A DNA stretch of 64,000 nt from Bacillota bacterium (GTDB lineage: Bacteria > Bacillota > Limnochordia > Darwinibacteriales > DTU012), in NCBI GenBank assembly GCA_012840925.1, contig DUVS01000015.1, positions 119,142 through 183,141 on the forward strand, written 5' to 3'. Made by a program: the position numbers and the translations under genes. A model generated the notes under the pieces. It was not told the origin of the DNA and searched no databases. It was given only the letters and a program-made list of their open reading frames with translations. Shown here one piece after another: positions 1-8,223 of this stretch; position 1 is the stretch's first letter; each line of letters begins with the position of its first letter.

Positions 1-1140
1 GTTGAAGAGGGTAAGATTACAGCCCAAGAAGCTGTTGAATTACTGGAAGCCATGGAGGAAGAGGAAACGCCAAAACAGGCAAAGACCGATGATATCTGGC
101 GCAGGATTGAAAAGCAGAGTGAGGAACTGACTAAGAAGATTGAACGGGCAGCTGAACGGTTCAGTCAGTCGATTGAAACCAAACTTGACGAGACTGGAAT
201 TTCCGAACAGCTCAGCAACATCCAGCGCTGGTTTACCAAGCTGCCGTTCTTGGGCAGCATAGCTAATGAAGTCCATGAGTTTGTCGAGGAAGTGGAGGGC
301 AGCTTTGCACCGGATTTGGAGGAAATACCGATTCTCCTGAAAAATGTGAATGGCTCTATCGTTGTTGAAGGATGGGACGAGGACGGCTTCAAACTGGTGG
401 TCACCCAAAGAATCAGGGCAAAAGACCGGGAGGCAGCTTTGGACAAGGTGGCCGAGATTGATCTGCCTCAGGCTGGTTCAGTGATTGATCGGTTGGAAGT
501 TGATATCCACGAACAGGGCGACACCAGTGTTGCTTTTCAGCTCTCCATTCCCCGGAAAGGGCCGTATAGGCTGGATCTGCGGTCAACCAACGGCAGGTGC
601 AAGGTGGTCAATCTGCTGGCCGGCAGCATTGAGATCAATACCCTCAATGGTTCGGTAACAATCAAGCAGACAAAGGCGGAATCGATTATCACCAAAACCA
701 GCAACGGATCCAACGGCCTTGACTATGTTGAGGCTGATCTGATCCAACAGCGTACAGCCAACGGTTCGATTTTGTTTGTTGGCAGCTGCCGGAAGCTTGC
801 CTGCGACTCCATCAACGGCAGTGTCCGGGTTTCACCGCTGACTTTTGGTTATGAGTTGAGTGAAATGGATGTCAACACCGTGAACGGTTCAGTGCGGTGC
901 CTACTGCCACAGATGCCTAATCTTGATGTTAAACTTGATGCCTCCACATCCATCGGCCGTGTTAATGTCAGTTTGGCAAATTTCACCGTTCAATCGGAGC
1001 ACAAAGCCGGCGGGCTGCATAAAGTAGTGGGAGCAGTCAGCGGGCAAACCGATGCAGGAAAGGTGATTGCAATTCGCGCCCGGGTTGGCTGTGGCTCAAT
1101 ATCTATCGGACATGAGAGGGATAATCATGGCACTCAGTAA
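1..1140 (+). CDS. DUF4097-family beta-strand-repeat (putative adhesin, YvlB/LiaX-like) protein, 5' partial; reading frame is open from base 1
   Basis: Repeated NGS(V/I) beta-repeat motifs (SVTIKQTK..NGSNG..NGSILFVGS..NGSVRVS..NGSVRCL) typical of DUF4097. N-terminal (K/E)ITAQEAVELLEA SHOCT-like segment. Frame continues upstream of the window. Confidence 0.6.
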   Translation, partial: VEEGKITAQEAVELLEAMEEEETPKQAKTDDIWRRIEKQSEELTKKIERAAERFSQSIETKLDETGISEQLSNIQRWFTKLPFLGSIANEVHEFVEEVEGSFAPDLEEIPILLKNVNGSIVVEGWDEDGFKLVVTQRIRAKDREAALDKVAEIDLPQAGSVIDRLEVDIHEQGDTSVAFQLSIPRKGPYRLDLRSTNGRCKVVNLLAGSIEINTLNGSVTIKQTKAESIITKTSNGSNGLDYVEADLIQQRTANGSILFVGSCRKLACDSINGSVRVSPLTFGYELSEMDVNTVNGSVRCLLPQMPNLDVKLDASTSIGRVNVSLANFTVQSEHKAGGLHKVVGAVSGQTDAGKVIAIRARVGCGSISIGHERDNHGTQ

Positions 1141-1474
1141 AGAACAAATCCAGATTCTGGAGATGCTGAAGGAAGGCAAGATTAGTGTGGAAGAGAGCGC
1201 CAAGTTGCTAGAGGCGGTCAATACGGCCGATTCTGTCGGCCAGACCAAAGCTACCAGAGTAGTGGTGACCATCAGTGAACATGGGGAAGAAACGACCAAT
1301 CTCAAAATTCCGGTGAGTCTGGCCAAGGTGTTTTGGAAATTTGTACCGAAAGATGTCCAAACCCAGATCGATCTGGAGTTGATTTTAGAGCAGATCGAGG
1401 CAGGAGCAACCGGTGAAATTATCGAAATAGAGCAAGCAGCGCACAACCGCAGGATCAAGATCAGCCTCGCCTGA
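1127..1474 (+). CDS. small SHOCT-like / LiaX-N-terminal-like domain protein
   Basis: MALSKEQIQILEMLKEGKISVEESAKLLEAV matches the same N-terminal motif as the preceding gene. ATG at 1127 follows GAGAGGG; overlaps the upstream stop (coupled). Confidence 0.45.
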   Translation: MALSKEQIQILEMLKEGKISVEESAKLLEAVNTADSVGQTKATRVVVTISEHGEETTNLKIPVSLAKVFWKFVPKDVQTQIDLELILEQIEAGATGEIIEIEQAAHNRRIKISLA

Positions 1475-1519
1475 CAAGGTAGTGCGTGATCTTGGAGTAT
1501 TGGGACAAAGGAGATCGCA

Positions 1520-2320
1520 ATGATTAGACTGGTTGCACTTGATATCGACGATACACTGATCGACAGCCGCCAAAATATACCACAAGCAAATCTAGATGCA
1601 ATTCAGCGCATCCGCCAACAAGGTTTGGAGGTTGTCTTGGTGACAGGGAGGATGCACTGCCGGGCCCTGCCTTATGCGCAGATGCTTGAGATGGCTCCGG
1701 AACAGATTATGATCAGCTATAACGGGGCCTTATTGCGAAGGATCAATGGAGAAGAAATTGGCCACACTCCTTTGGAAAATGGTGTTGCCCTGGAGCTGAT
1801 CGAGTATTTTCAAGGCCGGAACTGGACCCTCAATGTTTACCATGATGATCAGCTGTTTGTAGAAAAGATCGATGCCAATGTTGAGTACTACATGCGCATG
1901 ACTGGAGCTGATGCCCGGCCTGTAGGAGACCTCTACCGCTTTACAGCCGATAACAGCCTGGCTTTGTCCAAGTTGCTGGCAGTTGGCAGCGAGGATCAGG
2001 TTGCAGCAGAGATTAGCGTGGTACAGAACCGGTTCGGTGCTATTGCGCAGATCACCCAGTCTAAGAAACGCTACATTGAAATAACCCATCCCGATGCCAC
2101 TAAAGGCAAGGCTTTAGCCCATCTGGCCGGGCGGATGGGATATGGCCAGACAGAGGTGATGGCCATTGGTGACGGCGGCAACGATCTGGAGATGATTCAG
2201 TGGGCAGGCATAGGTGTTGCCATGGGCAATGCCCCGGCACATGTACAGGCGGCAGCTGATTTTGTCACCAAAACTAGCGACGAGGCAGGCGTGGCATACG
2301 CTCTGGATCGCTTCATTTAA
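1520..2320 (+). CDS. Cof-type HAD-IIB family hydrolase (sugar phosphatase)
   Basis: N-terminal LVALDIDDTLI (DxD motif) and C-terminal GDGGNDLEM motif; 266 aa. Confidence 0.8.
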   Translation: MIRLVALDIDDTLIDSRQNIPQANLDAIQRIRQQGLEVVLVTGRMHCRALPYAQMLEMAPEQIMISYNGALLRRINGEEIGHTPLENGVALELIEYFQGRNWTLNVYHDDQLFVEKIDANVEYYMRMTGADARPVGDLYRFTADNSLALSKLLAVGSEDQVAAEISVVQNRFGAIAQITQSKKRYIEITHPDATKGKALAHLAGRMGYGQTEVMAIGDGGNDLEMIQWAGIGVAMGNAPAHVQAAADFVTKTSDEAGVAYALDRFI

Positions 2321-2337
2321 AGTGTAAGTATGGCAAT

Positions 2338-2402
2338 GGAACTGGGAGCTGTCCATCCGCGGGCAAGATTGTACCCGGGATGATCCCAGTTCCTGTTTTT
2401 TT
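2338..2402 (+). terminator. Rho-independent terminator after the HAD hydrolase gene
   Basis: GGAACTGGGA...TCCCAGTTCC long stem with an inner CCGCGGG/CCCGGG hairpin, followed by TGTTTTTTT. Confidence 0.7.
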
Positions 2403-2843
2403 GTGCTTGATGGTGAAGTGGGCATAAATTCCAGTGCTGGGAACAACTTCATAAAGAGGTTTAGCAGGACTTATGTTGAAGAAATAGAATATCTAAAGCG
2501 AAGTTGTAATGAACCAGACTTTGTTACAACTGAACTAACTTATGTTAGTTATGGTTGTCCTTCACAATATTCCTGTGGCAAGACAGGAAAGGAGGTGACA
2601 GTTCCCCCAAGGCAACAGCCAGGGAATATTGGAACGGTTGCAACCAGACATTCATGTCCAGTCATTGCAGTCGACGGAGTAACGGCAGCTGACGAAGGAA
2701 TACGGACAAATGAGGAAACATGGATACTCACTTGCAGTGATTCCTTCATCGCACCAGAGGATTGTTTAAGAACACTAGATCATCCAAGATCCGTAGTCTG
2801 AACAGAAGCATGAATTAAAGAGATTAAGGGGGATCATAACCGA
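2403..2843 (+). ncRNA. long, highly structured 5' leader / candidate ncRNA upstream of the porin-like gene
   Basis: About 440 nt with no credible RBS-preceded ORF. Contains multiple inverted repeats (GTTGTAA..TTACAAC; AACTAAC..GTTAGTT; TCCTGT..ACAGGA; GAAGGAAT..ATTCCTTC) and ends in a strong RBS (TTAAGGGGGATCATAACCGAATG). The 132-aa ORF predicted here has no RBS. Confidence 0.3.
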
Positions 2844-4205
2844 ATGAAGAAATCAATGATGGTTTTAACACTAGTGCTTGTATTTGCAGTTTCCGGTTCA
2901 GTTTTCGCAGCCGGAATCAAGTTTGACGGTTCTTTGAAATCAAATCTCGAGTGGTACAGAGATTTGGAAGGTGAAATTGAGACCCGGCCGTCTTCCGAAC
3001 TGAGTTTGAACTTTGGTTTGGATACAGCCAGTGAAAAGACTAGAGCTGTTGTGGAATTTGGCATTGGCCATAAAAACAGCCAAGGCCTGGATCTGGAATT
3101 GGATGCCAGCAACTTGGTCTTGAAGAAAGCTTATATTGAAACTGATGGCTCTTTCTGGCACGGCGGACCTGAAGCAACAACCCGCTTCGGCAGTCTCGAC
3201 ATTGATTACGGCCCATTCAGCGTAGTCAAGGACCAATATGGTATCAGTGTCAGTGACATGAATATTGGGCCGGTTGCAGTCAAGGGATTCTACGGTATCC
3301 CGAGCCAAGAGCAAAAATCAATTCAAGGCTTGAGAGCCGACATGCTCATGGATAATATCGCTGCCGGTGCAGCTGTAGTCCATGACTGGGATGCATTGCA
3401 CGTAGCAGTTGACGGTGCTATTCGTCCGATGCAGGATCTGATTCTCGGTGCATCAGTTGCTACTCAGTTCGACATGAGACAAGAAGCTGAAGGTGAAGAA
3501 GGCGAAGAAGGCGAAGCAGAAGAGAACGCACTAAGACACATGTTAGCAGTTGGAGCTCAATATCAGGTAATGGATAACTTGAGTGTCCGCGGCGGATACA
3601 AAGCCATTTCTGAAGACTGGCAGCCAGAGTACTTGGCAGACAAAGCCAAGAAAGCTGCTGACGATCGCGGCCAAAACTGGATCCACGAGAGCGAACGCAG
3701 AAACAGTGGTTTCTATGCTGGTATCTCCACCAACCAGTCTGGTATCCAACTAGCAGCTGACTACGATCAAATCTTTGACGAGGCAATTTTGACTGCTGCA
3801 ACCGATGTGGAAGGATACAATGTTAACGTTGAAACAGTACTGGCAGTTGGCGCTGAAGAAGGTATCAAAACTGAAAGCACAACTCTGGGAGTCGAAAAAG
3901 CATTTGCAGTAATGAACGGCTTGGATATCACAGCTAAATACAACGGCAAGTGGACACCAGCAACCGGATTGGTTCACACTGTTGGTGCCAATACCAAGTT
4001 GGGCTTAATCCCTGCAGTTGATGGTCTTGAGCTGAATAGTGAAGTAACAGTCTCCGATCTTGAAACTATTGGCTATCAAGTAGGAGCTAGCTTCGACGCA
4101 CCAAACGGTATTGGCCTGAGCATCAAGCACGTTGGCGGTAAATTCGCTGATGAATCAGTCAAAACTGGTACTACTGCCAAAGCAGGTATCGCAGTTAAAT
4201 TCTAG
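2844..4205 (+). CDS. secreted beta-barrel, porin-like outer-membrane-type protein (hypothetical)
   Basis: Signal peptide MKKSMMVLTLVLVFAVSGSVFA|AG. Alternating hydrophobic/polar beta-strand pattern with a C-terminal ...GIAVKF (terminal Phe typical of OMP beta-barrels). Internal acidic low-complexity EAEGEEGEEGEAEE. Strong RBS GGGGGAT. Confidence 0.5.
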   Translation: MKKSMMVLTLVLVFAVSGSVFAAGIKFDGSLKSNLEWYRDLEGEIETRPSSELSLNFGLDTASEKTRAVVEFGIGHKNSQGLDLELDASNLVLKKAYIETDGSFWHGGPEATTRFGSLDIDYGPFSVVKDQYGISVSDMNIGPVAVKGFYGIPSQEQKSIQGLRADMLMDNIAAGAAVVHDWDALHVAVDGAIRPMQDLILGASVATQFDMRQEAEGEEGEEGEAEENALRHMLAVGAQYQVMDNLSVRGGYKAISEDWQPEYLADKAKKAADDRGQNWIHESERRNSGFYAGISTNQSGIQLAADYDQIFDEAILTAATDVEGYNVNVETVLAVGAEEGIKTESTTLGVEKAFAVMNGLDITAKYNGKWTPATGLVHTVGANTKLGLIPAVDGLELNSEVTVSDLETIGYQVGASFDAPNGIGLSIKHVGGKFADESVKTGTTAKAGIAVKF

Positions 4206-4230
4206 TAATAACTCCAGCTATCTTGAAATA

Positions 4231-4260
4231 AAGCGGTCTGTAGCTTACAGACCGCTTTAT
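4231..4260 (+). terminator. terminator hairpin after the porin-like gene
   Basis: AAGCGGTCTGTA-gct-TACAGACCGCTT perfect 12-bp stem, flanked by an A-tract and a short T-run (bidirectional type). Confidence 0.6.
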
Positions 4261-4655
4261 GATTAGAGCAGGTCTGAAATATACGCATGCTAAGGCAGGA
4301 ATTCAGAGGATTGTGGTGAATATTAATTCTAAGTATGCCCGGCACTGCCTTGGGCTTTAAGAACTCTTTAAAAATATATTAATTAAAAGAAGGATATTTA
4401 TTTTGGTTGTGGAATAGTCAGATTAAGAGAGATACTTGCGTGTGGTGTTTCAGCATATAATGTCGGTTTTTTCAAGAAAACGATGTGGATTTTCAGTTGG
4501 CTTTGAGGCAGTTTTTTTTGTGATCTCTCTACTGACAATGGAAAAGTAAAATAGAATCGAATAGTTTCCGGGAGGTGTTCTGCAGATAATTTGACCAATC
4601 AAACAATTTGGACCCAATAAGCCAAGTGCTAAATTTATATAGAGGAGGGTAATTA

Positions 4656-5816
4656 ATGGCCAGGGTATTGCTAGACAGCGTTACCAAGCGTTTTGGTAAT
4701 GTTATAGCAGTAAATGATGTAGATTTGGAAGTTAAAGATAAAGAGTTTGTAGTATTGGTAGGCCCGTCCGGGTGTGGAAAAACAACTACACTGCGGATGA
4801 TTGCCGGACTGGAAGAGATTACTAAAGGAACCATCAGCATTGGAGATACTGTTGTTAACGACATTCCTCCAAAAGACAGAGACATTGCCATGGTGTTCCA
4901 AAACTATGCCTTGTATCCTCATATGGATGTTTATAATAACATGGCTTTTGGCTTGAAACTGCGCAAGTTTCCAAAGACTGAGATCGATCGCCGCGTAAAA
5001 GAAGCAGCGCGGATGTTAGGCATTGAAAATCTGCTTGACAGAAAACCAAAACAACTCTCTGGTGGTCAGCGCCAACGTGTTGCTGTAGGCCGGGCAGTTG
5101 TTCGGGAACCCAAAGTATTCCTGATGGACGAGCCGCTGTCCAACTTGGACGCTAAATTGCGGGTACAGATGAGAGCTGAATTGAGCAAACTGCATCAACG
5201 GCTGCAGGCTACCATCATCTATGTAACCCACGACCAGATTGAGGCTATGACCATGGGTGACCGGATTGTAGTCATGCGCGACGGCTTGATTCAACATGTA
5301 GCCAGCCCGCTGGTGATCTACAACCATCCTAACAATGCGTTTGTAGCCGGGTTTATTGGTAGCCCGCCCATGAACTTCATTAACATGATCTTGACTCGCG
5401 AAGATGATCGTTACTTCGTAGAGACCATCGAAGGCCGGGTCAAATTGGAAATTCCACGCGAACGTGTAGATTACTTCGAGAATATCGATGCTTATGTGGA
5501 AAAAGAAGTAATCTTCGGTATCCGTCCTGAGGACATTGAAGACTACAATGTATACAAAGCACAATATGGCGAAGTGGCAGAAGGTGTAATGAATTCCTTT
5601 ACCGCTATGGTGGACGTAATTGAACCGATGGGTGCTGAAACATATCTCTACCTGTCACTCGATGAAGAAATTCCACAATTGATTGCCCGTGTTGATGCCC
5701 AGACCACTGCCGTAGGCGGTGAGCAGCACAAAGTCGCAATCAATATGAACAAATGCCAACTGTTTGACAAGGAAACTGAGAAAACACTACGCAAAGAGAA
5801 TGTACGCCTAAGATAG
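4656..5816 (+). CDS. msmX: sugar-type ABC transporter ATP-binding protein (MsmX/MalK/UgpC family), with no adjacent permease genes
   Basis: Walker [11 protein letters not shown]-loop, signature [10 protein letters not shown], Walker [13 protein letters not shown], plus a C-terminal MalK-like regulatory domain. RBS AGAGGAGGG. Confidence 0.9.
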   Translation: MARVLLDSVTKRFGNVIAVNDVDLEVKDKEFVVLVGPSGCGKTTTLRMIAGLEEITKGTISIGDTVVNDIPPKDRDIAMVFQNYALYPHMDVYNNMAFGLKLRKFPKTEIDRRVKEAARMLGIENLLDRKPKQLSGGQRQRVAVGRAVVREPKVFLMDEPLSNLDAKLRVQMRAELSKLHQRLQATIIYVTHDQIEAMTMGDRIVVMRDGLIQHVASPLVIYNHPNNAFVAGFIGSPPMNFINMILTREDDRYFVETIEGRVKLEIPRERVDYFENIDAYVEKEVIFGIRPEDIEDYNVYKAQYGEVAEGVMNSFTAMVDVIEPMGAETYLYLSLDEEIPQLIARVDAQTTAVGGEQHKVAINMNKCQLFDKETEKTLRKENVRLR

Positions 5817-5847
5817 GCATTTTCCGTAGTTCAGGAACGAGATCACA

Positions 5848-5876
5848 AGAGGGACGTGCTGACGTCCCTCTTTTAT
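5848..5876. terminator. bidirectional terminator between the ABC ATPase and the convergent regulator gene
   Basis: AGAGGGACG-tgctga-CGTCCCTCT stem followed by TTTTAT. Confidence 0.7.
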
Positions 5877-5905
5877 CTGTGTACGGTTTGGCGATTGGTG
5901 TTGGG

Positions 5906-6607
5906 CTATCGGTGGACACTGTCCAGGATCTGTTGAAACGAGGCTCCATACTGAATTGATTGAATGAACATGGCCAGATAGGCGCTGCGCACAGGATCCA
6001 TTTCATATTTCAGCTCGTTGACCAGTTGTATTTCCAATTCCTGGATGTTGTCGATGGAATCCGCCAATTCCATTAACTCGTCCCGCGTGTTTGCATACGC
6101 TTCGTCATCATTCAGCTGTTCATAGATATAACAGAGCTGGTTTAGGAACAGCATTCGCCACAGCAAATCAAACAGTTTGAGCCCTTTTTTCAGGATTGCT
6201 TCAGCTTGTGGATATTTTTTCTTAAAAGTGAGTACCCTAGCAGTTAGGTAATAAAGTTCAGGATTTGGTGGCAATTGGAAGTCGAGGTCATTGTTAGTTA
6301 GCAGGGAATTTGTTAGGTGTTCGAGAAATATAGTAGTAGGTGTTTCCGGTAGCTGTGCCAAGTATTGTTTACAGATATCCGGATACAGAATCGTTGCCTT
6401 GGCTTTGGTCAGTGCTGTGTAATCACCGATCAATTCTGCAACGGTGGTATCAAGTTTGTTGGCAATCTTAGAGAGCGTCTCAATTGAAGGTTGAATGCGG
6501 CCCCGCTCTATCTGACTGACGTAGCTGCGGGTCCAATTGCCTTTAGCCAATGCTTCCTGGCTAAGCTTTAACTTTTTCCTACGCAATCGGATATTGTTGC
6601 CAATCAT
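5906..6607 (-). CDS. XRE-family HTH transcriptional regulator with a C-terminal TPR-like helical domain (RNPP/Rgg-like architecture)
   Basis: N-terminal IRLRRKKLKLSQEALAK...SYVSQIERGRIQPSIETLSKIANKLDTTVAEL is an HTH_XRE motif. The remainder is helical repeats. RBS AAGAAGGTG sits before the internal ATG at 6607; the ORF-track start at 6640 lacks an RBS. Confidence 0.7.
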   Translation of the reverse strand: MIGNNIRLRRKKLKLSQEALAKGNWTRSYVSQIERGRIQPSIETLSKIANKLDTTVAELIGDYTALTKAKATILYPDICKQYLAQLPETPTTIFLEHLTNSLLTNNDLDFQLPPNPELYYLTARVLTFKKKYPQAEAILKKGLKLFDLLWRMLFLNQLCYIYEQLNDDEAYANTRDELMELADSIDNIQELEIQLVNELKYEMDPVRSAYLAMFIQSIQYGASFQQILDSVHR

Positions 6608-6719
6608 TACTAAACACCTTCTTTTTATGAAAATTGTCATATCCCAAAAATATGGAAATATGAGATCCCGCTATTTATAGATTACCATATTTCATGGGCA
6701 AGTGCAATTTTTCCTGACA

Positions 6720-6769
6720 TTGACAGAGCATTTTGACCGAACTTATAATGTAATTACATTTTGGTCAAA
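6720..6769 (+). promoter_or_regulatory. sigma-A-type promoter with nested palindromic operator upstream of the toxin-antitoxin pair
   Basis: TTGACA (6720-6725), 18-nt spacer, TATAAT (6744-6749). Perfect 14-bp palindrome AATGTAATTACATT (6747-6760) overlaps the -10. It is flanked by inverted repeat TTTGACC (6732-6738) / GGTCAAA (6763-6769). Confidence 0.5.
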
Positions 6770-6807
6770 GCAATGCGAGCTAACATTCTGGTAAGAGGTG
6801 AACAGTT

Positions 6808-7077
6808 TTGGCTCAAAATAGGCGAATAGTGGTCTCTGTGCCCAACAAGCTGTTGAAGGAAGTGGATCAGGTCGTGCAGGAAGGAAACGGCAACCGGAGC
6901 CAGTTTATCCGGGAAGCGGTTCAGATGTATATCCTGCACCGGAAACGAGCCTCTTTGCGGGAACAACTGAAAAGTGGATATCAAACCATGGCAGCCATTA
7001 ACATGCTCTTAGCTGAAGAAGGAACCGATGAGCAATTGCTTGACCAGTATGAAAGACAGTTAGCGGAGGCGGAATAA
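6808..7077 (+). CDS. mazE: RHH/CopG-type antitoxin (MazE / EndoAI-like)
   Basis: TTG start 7 nt after [35 protein letters not shown] is a ribbon-helix-helix fold motif. Gene lies immediately upstream of, and is coupled to, the MazF-like toxin. Confidence 0.75.
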   Translation: MAQNRRIVVSVPNKLLKEVDQVVQEGNGNRSQFIREAVQMYILHRKRASLREQLKSGYQTMAAINMLLAEEGTDEQLLDQYERQLAEAE

Positions 7078-7078
7078 T

Positions 7079-7435
7079 GTGCAGCAAACGATAAGGCGTG
7101 GGGATATCTTCTATGCCAACCTCAATCCGGTTATTGGGTCGGAACAGGGTGGCGTACGGCCTGTCTTGATTCTACAGAACAATATTGGCAACAAGTACAG
7201 CCCAACCACGATTATTGCAGCGATAACGTCAAAAATCAAAAAGGCCAAGCTGCCGACTCATGTAGAATTATCAGCTGCTGAGTTTAACCTCGACAAAGAC
7301 TCGGTTATTCTGCTGGAGCAGCTGCGAACTATTGACAAAAGGCGTTTGAAGGAGAAGATCGCCCATTTGGATGAAGAGATTATGAGCGAAATCGATCGGG
7401 CCATCATGATCAGTCTGGGCTTGGTCGATCTGTAA
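7079..7435 (+). CDS. mazF: MazF/PemK-family endoribonuclease toxin (NdoA/EndoA-like)
   Basis: [74 protein letters not shown] is near-collinear with Bacillus EndoA/NdoA. GTG start lies 1 nt after the antitoxin stop, with RBS GGAGGCGG. Confidence 0.9.
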   Translation: MQQTIRRGDIFYANLNPVIGSEQGGVRPVLILQNNIGNKYSPTTIIAAITSKIKKAKLPTHVELSAAEFNLDKDSVILLEQLRTIDKRRLKEKIAHLDEEIMSEIDRAIMISLGLVDL

Positions 7436-7437
7436 AG

Positions 7438-7470
7438 CACTCACTTTTGCTGAGTGTTTTTCTTTTTTGG
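7438..7470 (+). terminator. terminator after the TA operon
   Basis: GCACTCA-cttttgc-TGAGTGT stem followed by TTTTCTTTTTT. Confidence 0.65.
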
Positions 7471-7481
7471 GAGGTGCAGCC

Positions 7482-8192
7482 GTGAATTCGTTAATTGGTA
7501 TTATCTGCAGTCATCAATGGGAAGACCCGCAGCGGTTTTATGTCAACAGCGCTTATGTCCATGCTGTTGCCGCTGCTGGGGGCACTCCAGTTCTCATTCC
7601 TCATCAGGAGGAATCGCAGTTGGAGAATATCCTGGAACAGATCTCCGGATTGTTGGTTCCGGGAGGCGTTGATCTTGATCCGATATATTTTGATCAAGAA
7701 TTGCACCCAAAAAGTGGTATAATTGATCCTTGGCGGGATCAATCGGATCTGGTTCTGATCCGGGGTGCCCTTGCCCGCAGCATTCCGATCCTGGCAATCT
7801 GTCGCGGCTGCCAGGTGTTGAATGTGGCTTGCGGCGGCAGTTTGATCCAGGATATTGAGAGTCAGATCCGGCAGCCGATCAAACACCGGCAGGAGGCGCC
7901 CAGGTGGTATCCTACACATGAAATTGCAATCGCTGCCGATAGTCTTTTGGCCAGGATTTATGGAGCTGCCACGATCAGGGTTAACTCGTTCCATCATCAA
8001 GCTCTGGATCAGATTGCTCCCGGCTTTCGGGTTACCGCTAGGACCAGTGACGGTGTGGTGGAGGCCATTGAGAGTATCGACAACCGATTTGTCTTAGGGG
8101 TACAGTGGCACCCTGAGCTAATGGCTGGCCATGATCCCGGTGTGAGCAAGTTGTTTGCTCATTTTGTAGCAGCTGCTAAAAACGGACGCTGA
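7482..8192 (+). CDS. class I glutamine amidotransferase / peptidase C26 (gamma-glutamyl-GABA hydrolase family)
   Basis: ILAICRGCQVLNVACGG (catalytic Cys) and VQWHPE (His-Glu) motifs. GTG start 6 nt after GGGAGGTG. Confidence 0.8.
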   Translation: MNSLIGIICSHQWEDPQRFYVNSAYVHAVAAAGGTPVLIPHQEESQLENILEQISGLLVPGGVDLDPIYFDQELHPKSGIIDPWRDQSDLVLIRGALARSIPILAICRGCQVLNVACGGSLIQDIESQIRQPIKHRQEAPRWYPTHEIAIAADSLLARIYGAATIRVNSFHHQALDQIAPGFRVTARTSDGVVEAIESIDNRFVLGVQWHPELMAGHDPGVSKLFAHFVAAAKNGR

Positions 8193-8223
8193 CCATGGCC
8201 AGTCCCGGGAATGGAGGAAGCTT

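Noticed and set aside
2403-2801. 132-aa Cys-rich ORF from the track (MLDGEVGINSS...).
   Set aside because: It has no Shine-Dalgarno sequence. It starts inside the T-run of a terminator, lies in a hairpin-dense region, and matches no domain. It is treated as non-coding leader.
5016-5564. 182-aa minus-strand ORF inside the ABC ATPase gene.
   Set aside because: It is an antisense shadow ORF.
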